In this document: piece after piece, positions 23,591 to 37,226 of the stretch
How the letters are laid out: each line of letters starts with the position of its first letter
How positions within the stretch are numbered: the stretch's first letter is position 1
Made by a program: the position numbers and the translations under genes
Origin: Lama glama
Taxonomy: Eukaryota
Assembly: GCA_028534125.1 (NCBI GenBank)
Contig: CM052818.1
Location: 30,196,001-30,260,000, forward strand
DNA: 64,000 nucleotides
Reading direction: 5' to 3'
Notes under the pieces: model-generated
The model's input: only the letters and a program-made list of their open reading frames with translations
Told to the model about the DNA's origin: nothing
Databases searched by the model: none

Positions 23591-26500
23591 AAGTATATAC
23601 CAAGTAATTTTTTTAGACATACAGTACTTGTCAAAATCGTATTTTTTTAAATATATAAGAATGATTAAAAAAAAGAATGATAAACTCTATATCAGAAGGG
23701 TAGTTTCTTATGGTCAGGAGCGGGCAGATGTGTAAAACAGGATGATACCACATTTTGGTAGATCTAAGTTTTTGCTCATGTTCTTGTTTTCAGGCTAAGT
23801 GATATTCATGAATCAGTGGGTGAAATTAGTGATCTATCCAATTCTGAATACTGGAGGTCCATTCAAACAATAAGCACAATTTCTCTTAACTTTTCCTGGC
23901 AATCATACTGTGCCTCTGTGTGCAGCACTCTACACAAAAGATTTCAAACTTTATTCTCCTCAATCCACCATTCTTCCACTATTTCGCAGTGGATGTGCTA
24001 TTTTCCCGTTTCTCCTGTTACATGATAGTAGGTCTCTCCCCTCCTACCTAAGGACAGTCTCTGTGCTGTAGCTGTGCTTGAGATCCCAGTGCTGCCCTCA
24101 TTCCTGTTCAAGGACATCATTTCATCAGTTATGTTCTGTTACTGGTTCTTTCCTATCAGTTTTTAAAGATGCTAAATTTCTCACATTTTAAATAAAACTC
24201 TCCCTCAATCTTATCTTTCTCCTATGGCTTTCTCTCTCTCCCCTGCTTCAAAACAAAATTTTATGTACCGTCAGTACATCTCAACTTCCTGATGATCCTC
24301 TGCTTTTCACTCATTCCAGCTGACACTCTACAGCTGCATGTGGCTTAATTCAATGGACATTTTCCAGAGCGTTAGACTTACCTCTGTAAAAGTTGACACT
24401 GAGCACTCCCTCCTTTTCGAAATGTTCTCTTGACTTTCATGCTACCTTAATTACTTCTCAGGCTCCTTTGCAGTGGCAATTCCTCTACACAGATGTTAAA
24501 TGATTCCAATTTTTCTTAGAGCTCGGTCCTAGGCTCTCTGCTCTTCTTCCTTAGAGATTACATTCAACCTTAAAGCTTTAATTGCCATTCAAAAATTCTG
24601 ACTCCGCAGATTTTGTTTCCAGTCATCAGCAATCTGAGAGTGCCAAATGGAAATTGTTGCTAGCTCAGGGATCTATTTCACCTGTTCTAACTTAACCCTT
24701 TTTAAAATGTCTTTCAATTTAAATGTTTGAGGTTGAACTCTATTTTCCAGCATGTTCTCAAAAAGACAGCCATCACATCTGAACTCCACTAACCAGTTTG
24801 TTCTCAAAAAAAGAACCACCACAGGTCATACTCCTGTTCTAGAAGCTCAGTGGTAAATCCTGGGCCCAGTCATTCTACCACATGTATCTTGATATTATAT
24901 TTTTCTTTTCCAAGTGCTCTTTCTTATTTTCTAATGGTATTTTTTTAAAATTGGCATCTTACTTTTGTTGGGTTTAATGCAGAAACTTTTTAGGGTCTCT
25001 AAAAAAAAAAAACCAAGTGTTTGAAGTTCGTTTTTTCTGTTCCCTATGTTGCCTCATTTCTTGGAAGCTTTTTGTTTGGCTTTTGGTCTCTGTCTTCCTT
25101 GTTGGAGGCTGTTCTCAAACGTCTGGTATTCCTGTACTGTTCTCTTCACATTGTAGAGTGAGGCACAAGTTGACAGGAAGCTCTATGCTCCAGAGGAAGG
25201 GGGTTAGGTTCACTGTGGGTGGTCAGGAAAGCAAAATGGCTCTTCCTTTGTAGGGCCTTTCCGTGGAGGCAGCTCAGTTTCTGAGAAGAATCCTGTCTTG
25301 CTCCGGGACTTGCTAAGTCCAACTGCCAATGTTTTGAGAACAAAGTGGGGTTGGAAGGCCTCCTGCCCTTTGCGTGCTCCCAGGGCACCCTGACCTACCA
25401 CAGCACTTATCACCCACCTAATTACTTTATAATGTATGTTTTCACACTATATTGTAAGCCCAATGAGACAGTACCATGTCTGTCCTTTTCACATATTCCC
25501 AGCACCCAGCACAATCTGTGGTACACAGCAGGCACTCAAAAATGCTTGCTGGATGAATAAATGGTAAGAGTTCAGGCTCAGGGGATCCACAAGGTGGTCT
25601 CTGGCAATATTAGAGTTTTGTTTAAGATGTAGGAACCCTTCGATGATCAGAATCCTTCTACCTAGAGGATTTGAGGTTCTGCCTGGAATTTGGATCAAGC
25701 CACTTGCAATCTCTATAGCCCACTTACAGCCAACAGCTCTAAATGCCACAGATTCATCTCTCATTAGTCTGCTCCTCGTGATGACAAAAACACTGCAGGT
25801 TAAATGAACAAAACCCATGACCTTAATTATGGGTTATGTTGCTTGTTCTTGGTTCCTGTGCTCACACATACTCTAATAATTATCTAAGAAGCTTTCTTAC
25901 CAATACCGTTCTTTCAGCATTGCAGATAGCCTGTATAAATAGCTCACCCTCTGACAGTAGAATGGGCTTTAAATTCTTCTCTGTTAAGTTCCTATCAGGT
26001 GGTGAAATCTGTTCTGCTAGTCGGGGAGGAGAAATGAAGTTGCTCTTTGGGGAACAGGCCTTATATACAGACACACTAACTGGCTACCAGCATTTTGGCT
26101 GCGTGCCTGCCATGCTGGGAAGTACACGGGAAAGAGGCAGAGGCAGAAAAGACTTGAACATTAAGTGTAAGAGAGAGCAGGGAGAAAGCCACCTATAAGG
26201 ACTACCTCATGGGAGGGAAGAACAGAGGAGAAGGTGAGGCCCTATTTGAGTTAGGCTGGGCACAAGCTAAGCTGGTGTAACAAGAGACCCAACCACACCT
26301 TGGCTTACAGAAGACAGAACTTTATTTCCCTGGGCAGTCCAGAAGCAGGCAGTGCAGGCAGGTGGGGTGGCTCCGAACAGTCTTTCAGACCAAGAAACCT
26401 ACTTTTTCTTAACTTCACCATTCCTTTGCGTGTTTTCTTTGACTTCATGGTCATGGCTGGGATAAACCTTCCCTTTTGTAGGAGGTACTTTAGAGTGCCC

Positions 26501-27049
26501 CATTCCATTAGAGATGAAGGAAGTTCATGAAGGGTCTAGGGAGTGTTAAAAATAACAATCCCCAAACTCCAAATCTTGAGATACTGAAGGAGGCTTACTT
26601 ACTCAAGTTTATAGTAAGGAACATTCCATACCCAAACAAAACAATAGGTAGTGTTTGTTTCTCCAGAAGAGGAAATGACCTAATATTGCTGAAGTTTGAC
26701 TCCAGTTTTGAAAACAGGTGCTGAATATTCTAACAGCATCTCTCACACCTCAATTTTTACACAATCTTCCATTTCCTGGAAGAGTCAGGAAAAGAGAAAA
26801 ATATGTATAATTCATTTATATTGGTTTGCTATGCTACTACTAATTACCATTTATCAGATACCCTTATACTTTAGGAAAAATATAATTTGTAAATATAATG
26901 GACTAGATTCACAATCATTGCTCTAACTACAGAGAATTCTGATTTCTTTCTGAAGCAAAGCACTGGTCCAAACATGGCCATTTCTCTTAAAACTGTTTTG
27001 CTCCCAGCTAACACAGTTATTTCTTTCTTTCTTTTTTTTTTTAACTCAG

Positions 27050-27342
27050 GTGCATTTTTTGAAAAGAACTCTCTGAAAAACTTCCAGCAGTTGGATTTGG
27101 CGGGTAATTGTGTGAGCAGTGATGGATGGTTTGCTTTCATGAGTGCATTTGAGAATATTAAGCAATTGGTGTTTTTTGACTTCAGTACTGAAAGACTTTT
27201 ACCTGATGCATCATTGGTCAGAAAACTTAGTCAGGTGTTATCCAAATTAACTTTTTTGCAAGAAGCTAGGCTTGTTGGGTGGCAGTTTGATGATGAAGAT
27301 GTCAGTGTCATTAAAGGTGCTTTTGAACTAGTAACTGCTTAA
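27050..27342 (+). CDS. NLRC4: NLRC4 terminal coding exon (293 nt including TAA)
   Basis: Polypyrimidine tract then aactcag|[24 protein letters not shown]...GAFELVTA*. Coding exons sum to 1+261+1995+93+171+93+168+293 = 3075 nt (1024 aa), with no frameshift. Confidence 0.97.
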
Positions 27343-27434
27343 ATAAAAGACACCCTAAGCCTATGAATGCTCTGGGGACCCCATTATTTCAGCCTGGTGA
27401 TTTAAAAATCTTTGCTCAAAAAAATAAAAATAAA
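27342..27434 (+). terminator. Candidate NLRC4 polyadenylation signals: AATAAA at 27342-27347 (overlapping the stop), 27423-27428 and 27429-27434
   Basis: Hexamers read directly. Which is used cannot be told from DNA. Confidence 0.55.
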
Positions 27435-30144
27435 AATCTTTGCTCATATAGTCCAAGAGTCTGCAAGTATATGACAATCCATTATACACCTGAAAATTAT
27501 CCTTCTCAACAGTGTCTGCCTAACTGGCCCCTTGTATTTTTCTTCTTTCCTGGTATCAGATTGATGTGTGGCACCACCATTTCCTTAGCTGGCCTCTTTC
27601 ATGGAAATCTACTTTCTTAGTTTCATCATTCAGGAAAAAAAGAGAAGGAAGAGAGGAGGATGCCAGGAAAATGAGGCCAAAGAAGAGGCGGAAGTGGGCG
27701 GGAGTTTAATTTGATGACATGTGTAACAGTTCTGGTGTCCCACTTCTACTAGGATTATCAGCTGCTTGAAGAGGACTCCTGTTCATCCCTGTGTTCCCCT
27801 TGGTCTCAAGAACAGCAGGTCTCCAAAATGGATTTATTGTAAGCACATTACTTAGCACTGTGCCTGGAATGTACCAGACTCCAGAGAAGCATTTGCTGGA
27901 AAATTGGATAATTAAGTTACCAATAAATAGCTACTGAATAAAGAAAATAGGCCAAAACCATTTAAAAGCAGAGAGAAAACTCCATGTATGTTCTTTATTC
28001 AAAGTTTAATTCAAACAATTTGGAATGTAAAAGGTATTTTCTTACATAAGAAGCAGATTAGACTCCCCTAAAAGATTAGCATTCTTTAGTCAAGCAAAAA
28101 AAAAAATTGGCAGTTTATGGGCAGTTAATCAGAGGTTTGAAATTCAGCTCCTCTCCAGTTGCTGATATGTGTATGTAATTCTGTCACTTTAGACATTAAG
28201 GAAGGAAGAAAAAAATGGATCACATTCGTTTGTACCCTATGGAAATTAGGGGTATGCTCTCCTAATCTTTTCTCCAACACCTCCAAAAATAATCCTTCCC
28301 CACAAAGAAGTCTAAGAAAAATCTGTTTAATCTAAACAGATTTAAGCTGAGGCAACTCTGAAATAAACAAAAACCAAAATGGTGTGAGCCTGTAGTTTAC
28401 CTTCTGTTATCATGGCACCTCAAATTAATGGCTTGAGTAACACTTGTCCTATGTGTTGAGGTAGTCACTGAAAAATTCTGGGCACAATATTCTGTTTTCG
28501 CAAGTGGACATATATTCTCCAGGTTTAGTTACACAATTTTAGAGCTGACAGTTTACAGATTAAACTTCATTCCCGACCTAAACCTTATAGATGAGAAAGC
28601 TCCAAGAAGTCAAATGACTTTCCTATGGTTATAAAACTACTTACACAGGGGCAGTATCAGGATTGTAACTGAAATCTCTTGTCTTCCAGTCCAGTGTTTC
28701 TTCCATTACAATACAGTGATTTCTCAAACAGGACTGACCACACTCCACAGAGCCTGCTCAATCACAAGCCACTCAATCACAAACCATGGCAGAAGCTACT
28801 GCCTCTTGCCCTATGCTGACCAAGTTTGTCGTGTTCCATACACAGAATTTGGCCATAGCTTGGGAAATATGGCTTCTCTACATACTAATGCCTGATAAAA
28901 TGTCACCTGTGGCAGCTGGCATTACTGTTCAGCAAGCAGAGCCAACACTTTCAGAACCCACAGACAACTGCCCGAATAGTGTAGGTGGGTACCCAAGCAC
29001 CTTAGGTGGGACAACTGCACAGGTGTTGCCTCTGAATAGATGCTGAGTAAGTAGGCATTTATTCTCACACAGAACTGTGTTCAGTACCTAGGCACTTCAA
29101 AAATCCCCTGGGGACGGAGAAGAATGCATAGGGTGGCAGCACATACCTTATAATCACCACTCGGTACATGGCAGTTCTTCAGATTTCATGCATGACCGAC
29201 TTCACATTTAGATGAGGTCAATGGAGGAAAAACCACCCTGTAATAGTAGACCAATAGTAGACCAATAATAGGTACAGTAACAGTTGGTGAACCTAAGACA
29301 AAGGACAAGGAGAAGGTTGCTTTATCACATTTTAGGTTTCACTTTCCACAGCAGTCAAGGTAAGGTGGGCTCTATTTCTTCAGTAGGTCAAATGCCTGAA
29401 TAGGGTCGCAGATGTCAAAGACAATAATCAACTCCCCATCAAGCAAAAGTTATTTGGGACATGGTCACTTACTATCACAGGATGACTACAATTCTGCTTG
29501 ACAGAGGTGGCTTCCTAGATGTTTACTATTCCACTGTGAAGAAACAGGATGTGGGAGTGTTGCTCATATTTAAAGGAGGATAGTTGAAGAAACTTGAGAA
29601 TTCTTAAAAAAAAAAAAAATCTTCTCTAGATAGCTGCTAATGGCTGGCAATGTTACCAATCTCCAGGAGTACTGGATTCTATAAAAGCTGAATCCACTTT
29701 CAAAATCCATTTTTAAAATCCTAATTATAAAATTCATGATAAAATGAAAAAACTCATACGTAATTTGTAACTGCTGCTTATTATAATTTTTATAAGTAAT
29801 ACTGGCCATATCAGAAAGTCCTTAACATTTGCATTTGGAAAATAATAAAATAGTAATCTACATGATTCTCACACTTCATTATAGTTAACAATTCACTATT
29901 TTCAACAAGACAAAACAAAGTAAGTTAGAAAGTGTCTATGGCAGATCTAACAATGCTGTATTCTATAAGCTAAGGTCTACTATGTTTTGGTAAAATTATA
30001 TAATGTAAACAAACTGTTTATGCAACTTTGAAAAAAGATTAAATCACATATTATGTATGGAATTCCACATATTTTGGTAATATATGTGATATATTTTGTT
30101 AATAAAATTAGAAATTGATAAGTCAACCAATGAAAAGGTGACCA

Positions 30145-30285
30145 GTGGGGAGGTTATAGCTCAAAGTGGTGGAACAAGTGCTTAGTATGCACAAGGTCCT
30201 GGGTTCAATCCTTATTACCTCCTTTAAAAAAAGTAAATAAATACATAAACCTAATTATCTACCCCCCAAAAAACTTAAAAAAAAA
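30145..30285 (+). mobile_element. tRNA-derived SINE downstream of the SLC30A6 stop, antisense to SLC30A6
   Basis: tatagctcaaagtgg...ggtcctgggttcaatcc, poly(A); TSD aaaaggtga[c/t]ca at 30133-30144 and 30286-30297. Confidence 0.85.
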
Positions 30286-31045
30286 AAAAGGTGATCAAAA
30301 AATAAATCCATCATTATGTCAGTGTTTGACTACATGTAAAGCAGAAAATTGGGATTCCTTCACTGCATATCACCTAAGGATTCAGCATTTATTCAACCAA
30401 AATAAAATACTTGGAGAATGATGGGCCATTTACAAATGTATCAGTTTTTTTTAGTAAAATCTATAAAAAAAACTGATAACTAAAATTTTTAAATTATGCC
30501 TGATATTAGAATATGTTCTTGAATTTCTCATAAAATATTTTGCTTTTACTTTGCAAGACAATTCCAGAGGACGACAAAAAAATGTAGCAATTAAGTTTGG
30601 AAAATCTGTAAAAAAGACTTTTACTTTTAGAATGTATTTTTTTTTCTAAAATGTGTATTCAAGAAGCATGTTTATAAATTTCACTGGAGAAAGTATTATA
30701 TTTTTGATAATGTAACAGATCCAATCCATCAAGTGGCTCTCTTATAAAGGTAATGTTATATCACACTGCAGTCAACTACAAAACCAAAGATAGCAAAATT
30801 CAAATTTAGATAAACACTCCTTCTAAAGGAAGCCTATTTAAAGCCTATAACATTTAGAAGGTTCTCACTGCCCCAAATACATTTACAAAAATATAGTTTC
30901 ATTGGTTTCATGAAATGTGAACAAGCCTACTATTCTCTAACACTTAGAGTAACTGATTGAACAGTCGATGTAAAATTGGATTATGAAACAAACTGGAAGG
31001 CAAAGAGTCAATATTCTTCATAAAAATAAATTAAATTACAGTACA

Positions 31046-31549
31046 TCATGGTCTTGGTTGTCCAATTCTATTGTTAGTTCCATATCTGCTTGGTATATTT
31101 GTAAAACCAGTCCTGAATCCTTGGGTTGCTCCAATTCCTGGAACTCCATGTCCTTGATTAAGCATGCTGCTATAAGGTGTGTGTCCATGATTAAGACCCA
31201 AACCATAAGGTCTTGTTTGTGTATTTAGAAGAATAACTGGGCTCACGTTTTTCCCAGGGGTGTTAAATGAAAATTCTGGAGGTGGACTACTATGTTTAGC
31301 TGGAGTCGATGTGACAGGGTTTGACTCATCAGTCCCCTTTAATGGAGGCATTGGGATTACGTGATGATGATCTGAAAAGTTTAGGACACCGGCTGCAACA
31401 GGCCCAGACAGTAAGGCAGGCCTGATCCAATCATCCTTGAAAATCTGAACAGTCAGAGTAGACACTAGTGTGTACAGCCTGTTGGTCACATGAGCAAGGA
31501 CCATTTGTTCATTTGCATCTCGTCGAATTCTCACATGAACTGATCCAGC
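31046..31549 (-). CDS. SLC30A6: SLC30A6 terminal coding exon (504 nt including TGA)
   Basis: tttcag|AGSVHVRIRRDANEQMVLAHV...RYGTNNRIGQPRP*. Total CDS 885+504 = 1389 nt (462 aa). Confidence 0.97.
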   Translation of the reverse strand, partial: AGSVHVRIRRDANEQMVLAHVTNRLYTLVSTLTVQIFKDDWIRPALLSGPVAAGVLNFSDHHHVIPMPPLKGTDESNPVTSTPAKHSSPPPEFSFNTPGKNVSPVILLNTQTRPYGLGLNHGHTPYSSMLNQGHGVPGIGATQGFRTGFTNIPSRYGTNNRIGQPRP

Positions 31550-32659
31550 CTGAAAGGGGCAAAATCATAAGAAAGAGACTGCTTAGAATTATACTACTGA
31601 AAATTCCATTAGAAATAAACATTTTATTTATGATTTGGTTGTAACAGTACTTGGCATTTTCTTTAAAACAAGAGAAAACTTAATGTCTTGATAATCCTGA
31701 AAGAATACTTAATAGTGATTATCAATGTAATGAATTAATAAAATTTCAATTTATGACTCTTTAAATGAGACTTTTTAAAATATAAAAAAAGAGAAATCCA
31801 CGTAGGAGGATGGCAGGCATGTTATAGCACAAGGTAGAATACAAATGCCATATAGGGAAATTCACTGGAAGGGTAGAAAAGGTAGGTAATTAATTCCAAT
31901 TGAGGAAGACTTCAAAAGAAGGTGGCATTTGATCTAGGGTTGGTGGTTAAATGAAATTTCAAAAGATAGAGACAGGCATTCCAAGTTGAGGGAATAGCAA
32001 TTAAAATCTGTGGCATGTTTGGGAAAAAATAAGCAATATTATTACATAAAAAGAAGTACAAATATTTCAGGGGGCATAAAAATAATGATAGAAAAGAAAA
32101 GGAGGAAGAAAGGAATAAACAGAAAAGGAAAGGAAGAATGGAAAAAAGAAAGAAAAATAGGTTGGGTTAATAAGGTTAAAAGAAAAGGCTAGCAGAGGGC
32201 TCTAAAAATCATGAACAAGGAGTTTTAGCTGCAGTAATTAAAGAGAAGTAAAATTAATTTGAGTTCAGAAAAATTGTAGGTATGGATAATTTCTAATTAG
32301 GTAGGAAATGACTAACAGTCTAGGTTAGAAATGAAGAGGGCTAAAAGACAGGACAGATATAGTGGGATCAGAGAGGGACAGATGCATTCATGATAGTCCA
32401 TGGATTTGAAACAGGAGAACTTGACAGTCAATTAGATACAATGAAAGAGGGAGATGAACACATCAAAGACAATCTCAAGGTTCCTAGCCTAGATTACTAG
32501 GAGGACAGAGAGCACCAGGCATTACAATGTTGGTTAGAAGTATGTTTATTAGCTTGAAAAAATACTCATCATACATTTTGTTTTTAAAGTAGATAATAAA
32601 GTAAGAGATAAAACAACCCCATTTTGATTAAAACATACACACAGAAAAATACTAAGGAT

Positions 32660-33780
32660 GATACCACATGATCACCTCAAACAGATACAGAACAAGCATC
32701 TGACAAAATTCAACATCCATTCATGATAAAAACTCTCAACAAAGTTGCGATAGATGGAACATACCTTAACATAATAAAAGTCATTTATGTCAAACACACA
32801 GCTAAAATAATACTCAATGATGAAAAGCTAAAAGCTTTTCTTCTAAAATCAGGAAGAAGATAACGATGCCCACTGTTGCCATTTCTATTTAACATAGAAT
32901 TGGAAGCCCTAGACATAGCAGTCAGATAAGAATAAGAAAAAAGAGGCATCCAAATTGAAAGGGAAGAAGTAAAATTATCACCATTCACAGATTACATAAT
33001 ACTATACATATAAAACCCTAAAGACTCCACAAAAAAACTATTAGAACTAACAAATGAATTCAGTAGAGCTGCAGGATGCAAAACTAATATAAAGAAATCT
33101 GCTGCATTTCTAAATACTAATAATGGACTATCCCCCCAAACCCAAGAAAATCCCANNNNNNNNNNNNNNNNNNNNNNNNNNNNNNNNNNNNNNNNNNNNN
33201 NNNNNNNNNNNNNNNNNNNNNNNNNNNNNNNNNNNNNNNNNNNNNNNNNNNNNNNNNNNNNNNNNNNNNNNNNNNNNNNNNNNNNNNNNNNNNNNNNNNN
33301 NNNNNNNNNNNNNNNNNNNNNNNNNNNNNNNNNNNNNNNNNNNNNNNNNNNNNNNNNNNNNNNNNNNNNNNNNNNNNNNNNNNNNNNNNNNNNNNNNNNN
33401 NNNNNNNNNNNNNNNNNNNNNNNNNNNNNNNNNNNNNNNNNNNNNNNNNNNNNNNNNNNNNNNNNNNNNNNNNNNNNNNNNNNNNNNNNNNNNNNNNNNN
33501 NNNNNNNNNNNNNNNNNNNNNNNNNNNNNNNNNNNNNNNNNNNNNNNNNNNNNNNNNNNNNNNNNNNNNNNNNNNNNNNNNNNNNNNNNNNNNNNNNNNN
33601 NNNNNNNNNNNNNNNNNNNNNNNNNNNNNNNNNNNNNNNNNNNNNNNNNNNNNNNGTACAAACTGTCAGTTATAAAAAATGTTAAGTCACAGGAGTATAA
33701 TGTACAGCACAGGGCATAAGTCAATATTTTATAACTTTGTATGATGTGTACTCTATAATATCAAATCACTATGTTGAGAG
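32660..33780 (+). mobile_element. L1 with an ORF2 reverse-transcriptase segment (32660-33125) and a 3' end after the gap
   Basis: gcatctgacaaaattcaacatccattcatgataaaaactctc, tttaacatagaattggaagccctag, aaagactccacaaaaaaactattagaactaa; an L1 3'UTR motif (tataatgtacagcacaggg) follows the gap. Confidence 0.85.
33156..33655. other. Assembly gap (500 N)
   Basis: Run of N inside an L1; the round length suggests a placeholder size. Confidence 0.99.
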
Positions 33781-34589
33781 AAAAAAAATAATGACAGCAC
33801 TTATCTCCAGATGGTAGAATTATTAAGGATTTTTGTTCACTTTTTTTGACAACTATAAGTCTTAATTTTTCTAACAATGGGGTACTATTTGTATAATAAA
33901 AACTTAAAAATACATAGTAAATTAAAAAAACACAAAAAGTAAAACAAAAATACACAGTAAATAAAATATCTAGCAGACATTCCATGTTGATTTCTATATA
34001 AACTCATATTAAAAAAAAGAAAATTTGTAACAAAGCATAAACTGCACATAAATTGGCAAAATAGCTGGTTTAGTTACAACTGGTCTGAATCTATGACTTG
34101 AGCAGTAAGTAATAAGAGGGTTTTGTCAATCATGAGATTAAAGAATCTTACTGCTTGAATCTGACTTATAGTTTATTACTTTTAGGTAAGACAAGCCATT
34201 TTACCCTTTTGTTTGCCACAACCACCTCACAGTTGTCACTATATAAAACTATAAAAGATGCTGTATCTCCTCTATCATTCTGACATGGAAATCAAAGTAA
34301 ACAAGCGAAAACCATTTCCAAGTATGAGCTTGAACAGAGTCTCCTATGATAATGGTGTTTGCATTAATCTATGGCTTTTGTGACAATTAATCTTGGTAGC
34401 TCAAAAGCTTGTTTTATTAATTTCCTCTGTCTTAATTAGGCACTACATAGGTGAGGTTGTTGGATGGCCAAGTTCTGAATTATAGAGATGAGGGTATTTT
34501 TTGTGTTTATAAGCCTAACCTAGCTAAATAAACATTTGTCTACTAATTGTTACTATCAGTACAATTGAAAGAATAATTTAAAATGAACT

Positions 34590-36390
34590 ACATTACAGCA
34601 GGACTGTAAAATGGTAAAATCATTTCTGGAAAGTAATTTGGCTATTTCTATCAACAGCTATAAAAAAATTTAAGTATCCTGTGACTAATAGAACCCATTT
34701 CTAAAAAATAATCTTAAGGAATAATCACAGGTATGTGCAAAGAGTATTCCACAAAAATGTTCACTCCAGCCCTGTTTATATGGGGAAAATGATAAATAAG
34801 TTATCCCTTAGGGGACTGATTAAATAAATTATAGTATATTCATATACTGTAAGACTGCAGTCATTATGAATTATGTTGGAATTCTTAAAGGACCTCAAAT
34901 ATCCCCATAAAAACAGAGAAACTAAGACAGCAAATCCTAACTGACAGACAATGTCTACAAAAAACTAGATTAACATGATACCCTTGAGAAAACCCAAATA
35001 CAAACTGTAAGACCTGAAAGGTATGAGCATCTGTGAAGAAGAATGTAACAGGCCATTTGACTAACCTAAAAACTCCACAGCAGTTGACCAGTTCTTAATG
35101 GAAATCTAGGACAGTGAATCTGAGAAAAGTAGCTGGTGTTTTGTACATTTCAATAGTGTTACACTGGGTCTGCAATAAGATATGAAGAGCTGGAGTAGTC
35201 TGAGCCCTATGAGCTCTCAAAAGTAACCAAACAAAGCTCCCTTCCAGTACAAAGCTCCACATTAAGGAGAAACAAATGGGAACAGAATCCAAATTGAGCA
35301 ACACAGTAGAGACAAAGGATAAGGAAGGTTCAGACACAAATGAGGAAAAGAAACAGGAAAAAGAAAAAACTTTTCACTTCACAGACTCATCAGAAGAGGG
35401 AGTTCTAGAACGATGAATTTAGACACACTACCCTAAACCATTCTTTATTTTAAAGTACAGGAAAATGAATTTAACATAAAAAGGAACGAAAGAAAAGGAT
35501 TAAATCCAATTCCACACAAAATTATCGTAAGAAAAAGAGAATACAGAACAGATTATAAAAGATCACCAGAAAGATTTACCTACAAAACTGATGAGAACTA
35601 TTACCTATTTTTATAAATCAAGCTGAAAGACATAAAATAAAAATAATACAAGTCAGAATTAGAAAACTTCAGAAATGAGATAGCCATTAGAAATACAAGA
35701 AGAAAATTATTTCAGAAACAAAGATTAAACTAGAAGGAATACAAAAGCAAATAAACATACAGGTATACTGTAAGAGAAATAAAAGGTAAAAGAAGGAAAT
35801 TTTAAAAATCAAAAAGAAATTGAGATAATAAGGAAATTAAAAGAAAATAACACATATGAAAGAAAGGCAAAGATCCAACATGCTTATAATGGGAGTTTCC
35901 TTCTAAAAAAGAAAAAAAATAAAAACCCACAAAATATTATGAACTTTTAATTAAAGAACACTTTCCTGAAAGTTTTAAAAAACTGTTTTTGAAATAACAT
36001 TATTGAAAGGGTATACTGCATACCGGAAATAACTGATCCAAAACGATCAACACCAAAATATATTCTAATAAAATTACTGGACTTAAAAAAAAATCTTTTG
36101 GGTATCCAGGCAAAGTGATCAAGTCACATATTTAAGAGGGAAAAAAAAAATTAGACTATGATCATCAGGCTTTACCATAGTAATGCTTTATGCCAGAGGT
36201 AAATGGAGTAATGTATTCAGGAAACTCAAGGAAATAAAATATGTGCTCAGGATTTTATATCCAGCCAAATGATTTTCAAGTATAATGTTCACAATTGTTT
36301 TCAACATTCAAAAATTTAGGGAATATTGTTCCCAAGGGCCCTTCCTGAAGAATTTACGACAGAATGAGCTTTAGATATCCAAAATAACTA
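34590..36390 (+). mobile_element. Very old L1 fragments (ORF1-region-like, A-rich)
   Basis: gaacactttcctgaa, ggattttatatccagccaaa, tttagggaatattgttcc: degraded L1 ORF1 motifs. Confidence 0.6.
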
Positions 36391-37226
36391 GAGAGGGAAA
36401 GAAAAGAAGGGAGAGATGAAGTAGCCATTTTTCCACTAAAAGAGCATAAGCCTGAAGCTAAAGACTGCAAAATGGTTCTATCATTGAGCTGTTGGACCAA
36501 CCCTAATTTGCCTACCCTTGAAATCTGGGTTACTTTATAAAAGTCAAATTCTATTTGTTTTTTAAAAAATAATTTTGTAGAAGAGCAGTAAGTGATAACA
36601 TGGAAAATTGTTCATGATATATTGAGTGAAAAGAACAAATTGTATAACAGCATGATCTCATTTTCTAAAGAGAGTATATGTGTAAATATTAATACCAAAA
36701 CATCAATGGCAGTTTTCAATGGTGGTTTAAAATATTTTTTTTCAGAGTACTTTCCTTTGCTTTCCTCACCATTCCTGACAGAGGAATGAAACCATGCTAT
36801 AACAGTCTCTTTGGTAATGAGGTCTAAATTGGATTAGAAAACATGGAATTTTATGCTGAAGTAAGCTGTTATTATAACTCTTCAGCATACTCAGCAAAAA
36901 TCTCCAAAATTAGAACTGTAGTAAGAAAGAAAATAATTGCACTTTTTACTTTTGCAACATTTTCATATATAGGAGTGTATGATTATGGATTTGTTTTTTT
37001 TTGGACAGCCCAGTATTAAGATCATTTAGTGTGAAAGGAAAAAAATAAAGAAAAATAACCCTTAATTAATCTCACTTTGGTTACTGAATCCAGCTATATT
37101 TTTGACTTTATTGAATAGAAATGGGAATCATAGACTCTATAAAAATTTTACAGAAATTTTTTTTCAGTTAAAAAAATTATAAACCATGTTTTAAATTATA
37201 ACTGAAATAATACATAGAAAACATAC

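Noticed and set aside
33123..33724. Two 198-aa ORFs in the ORF track
   Set aside because: Artefacts of translating through the 500-N gap.
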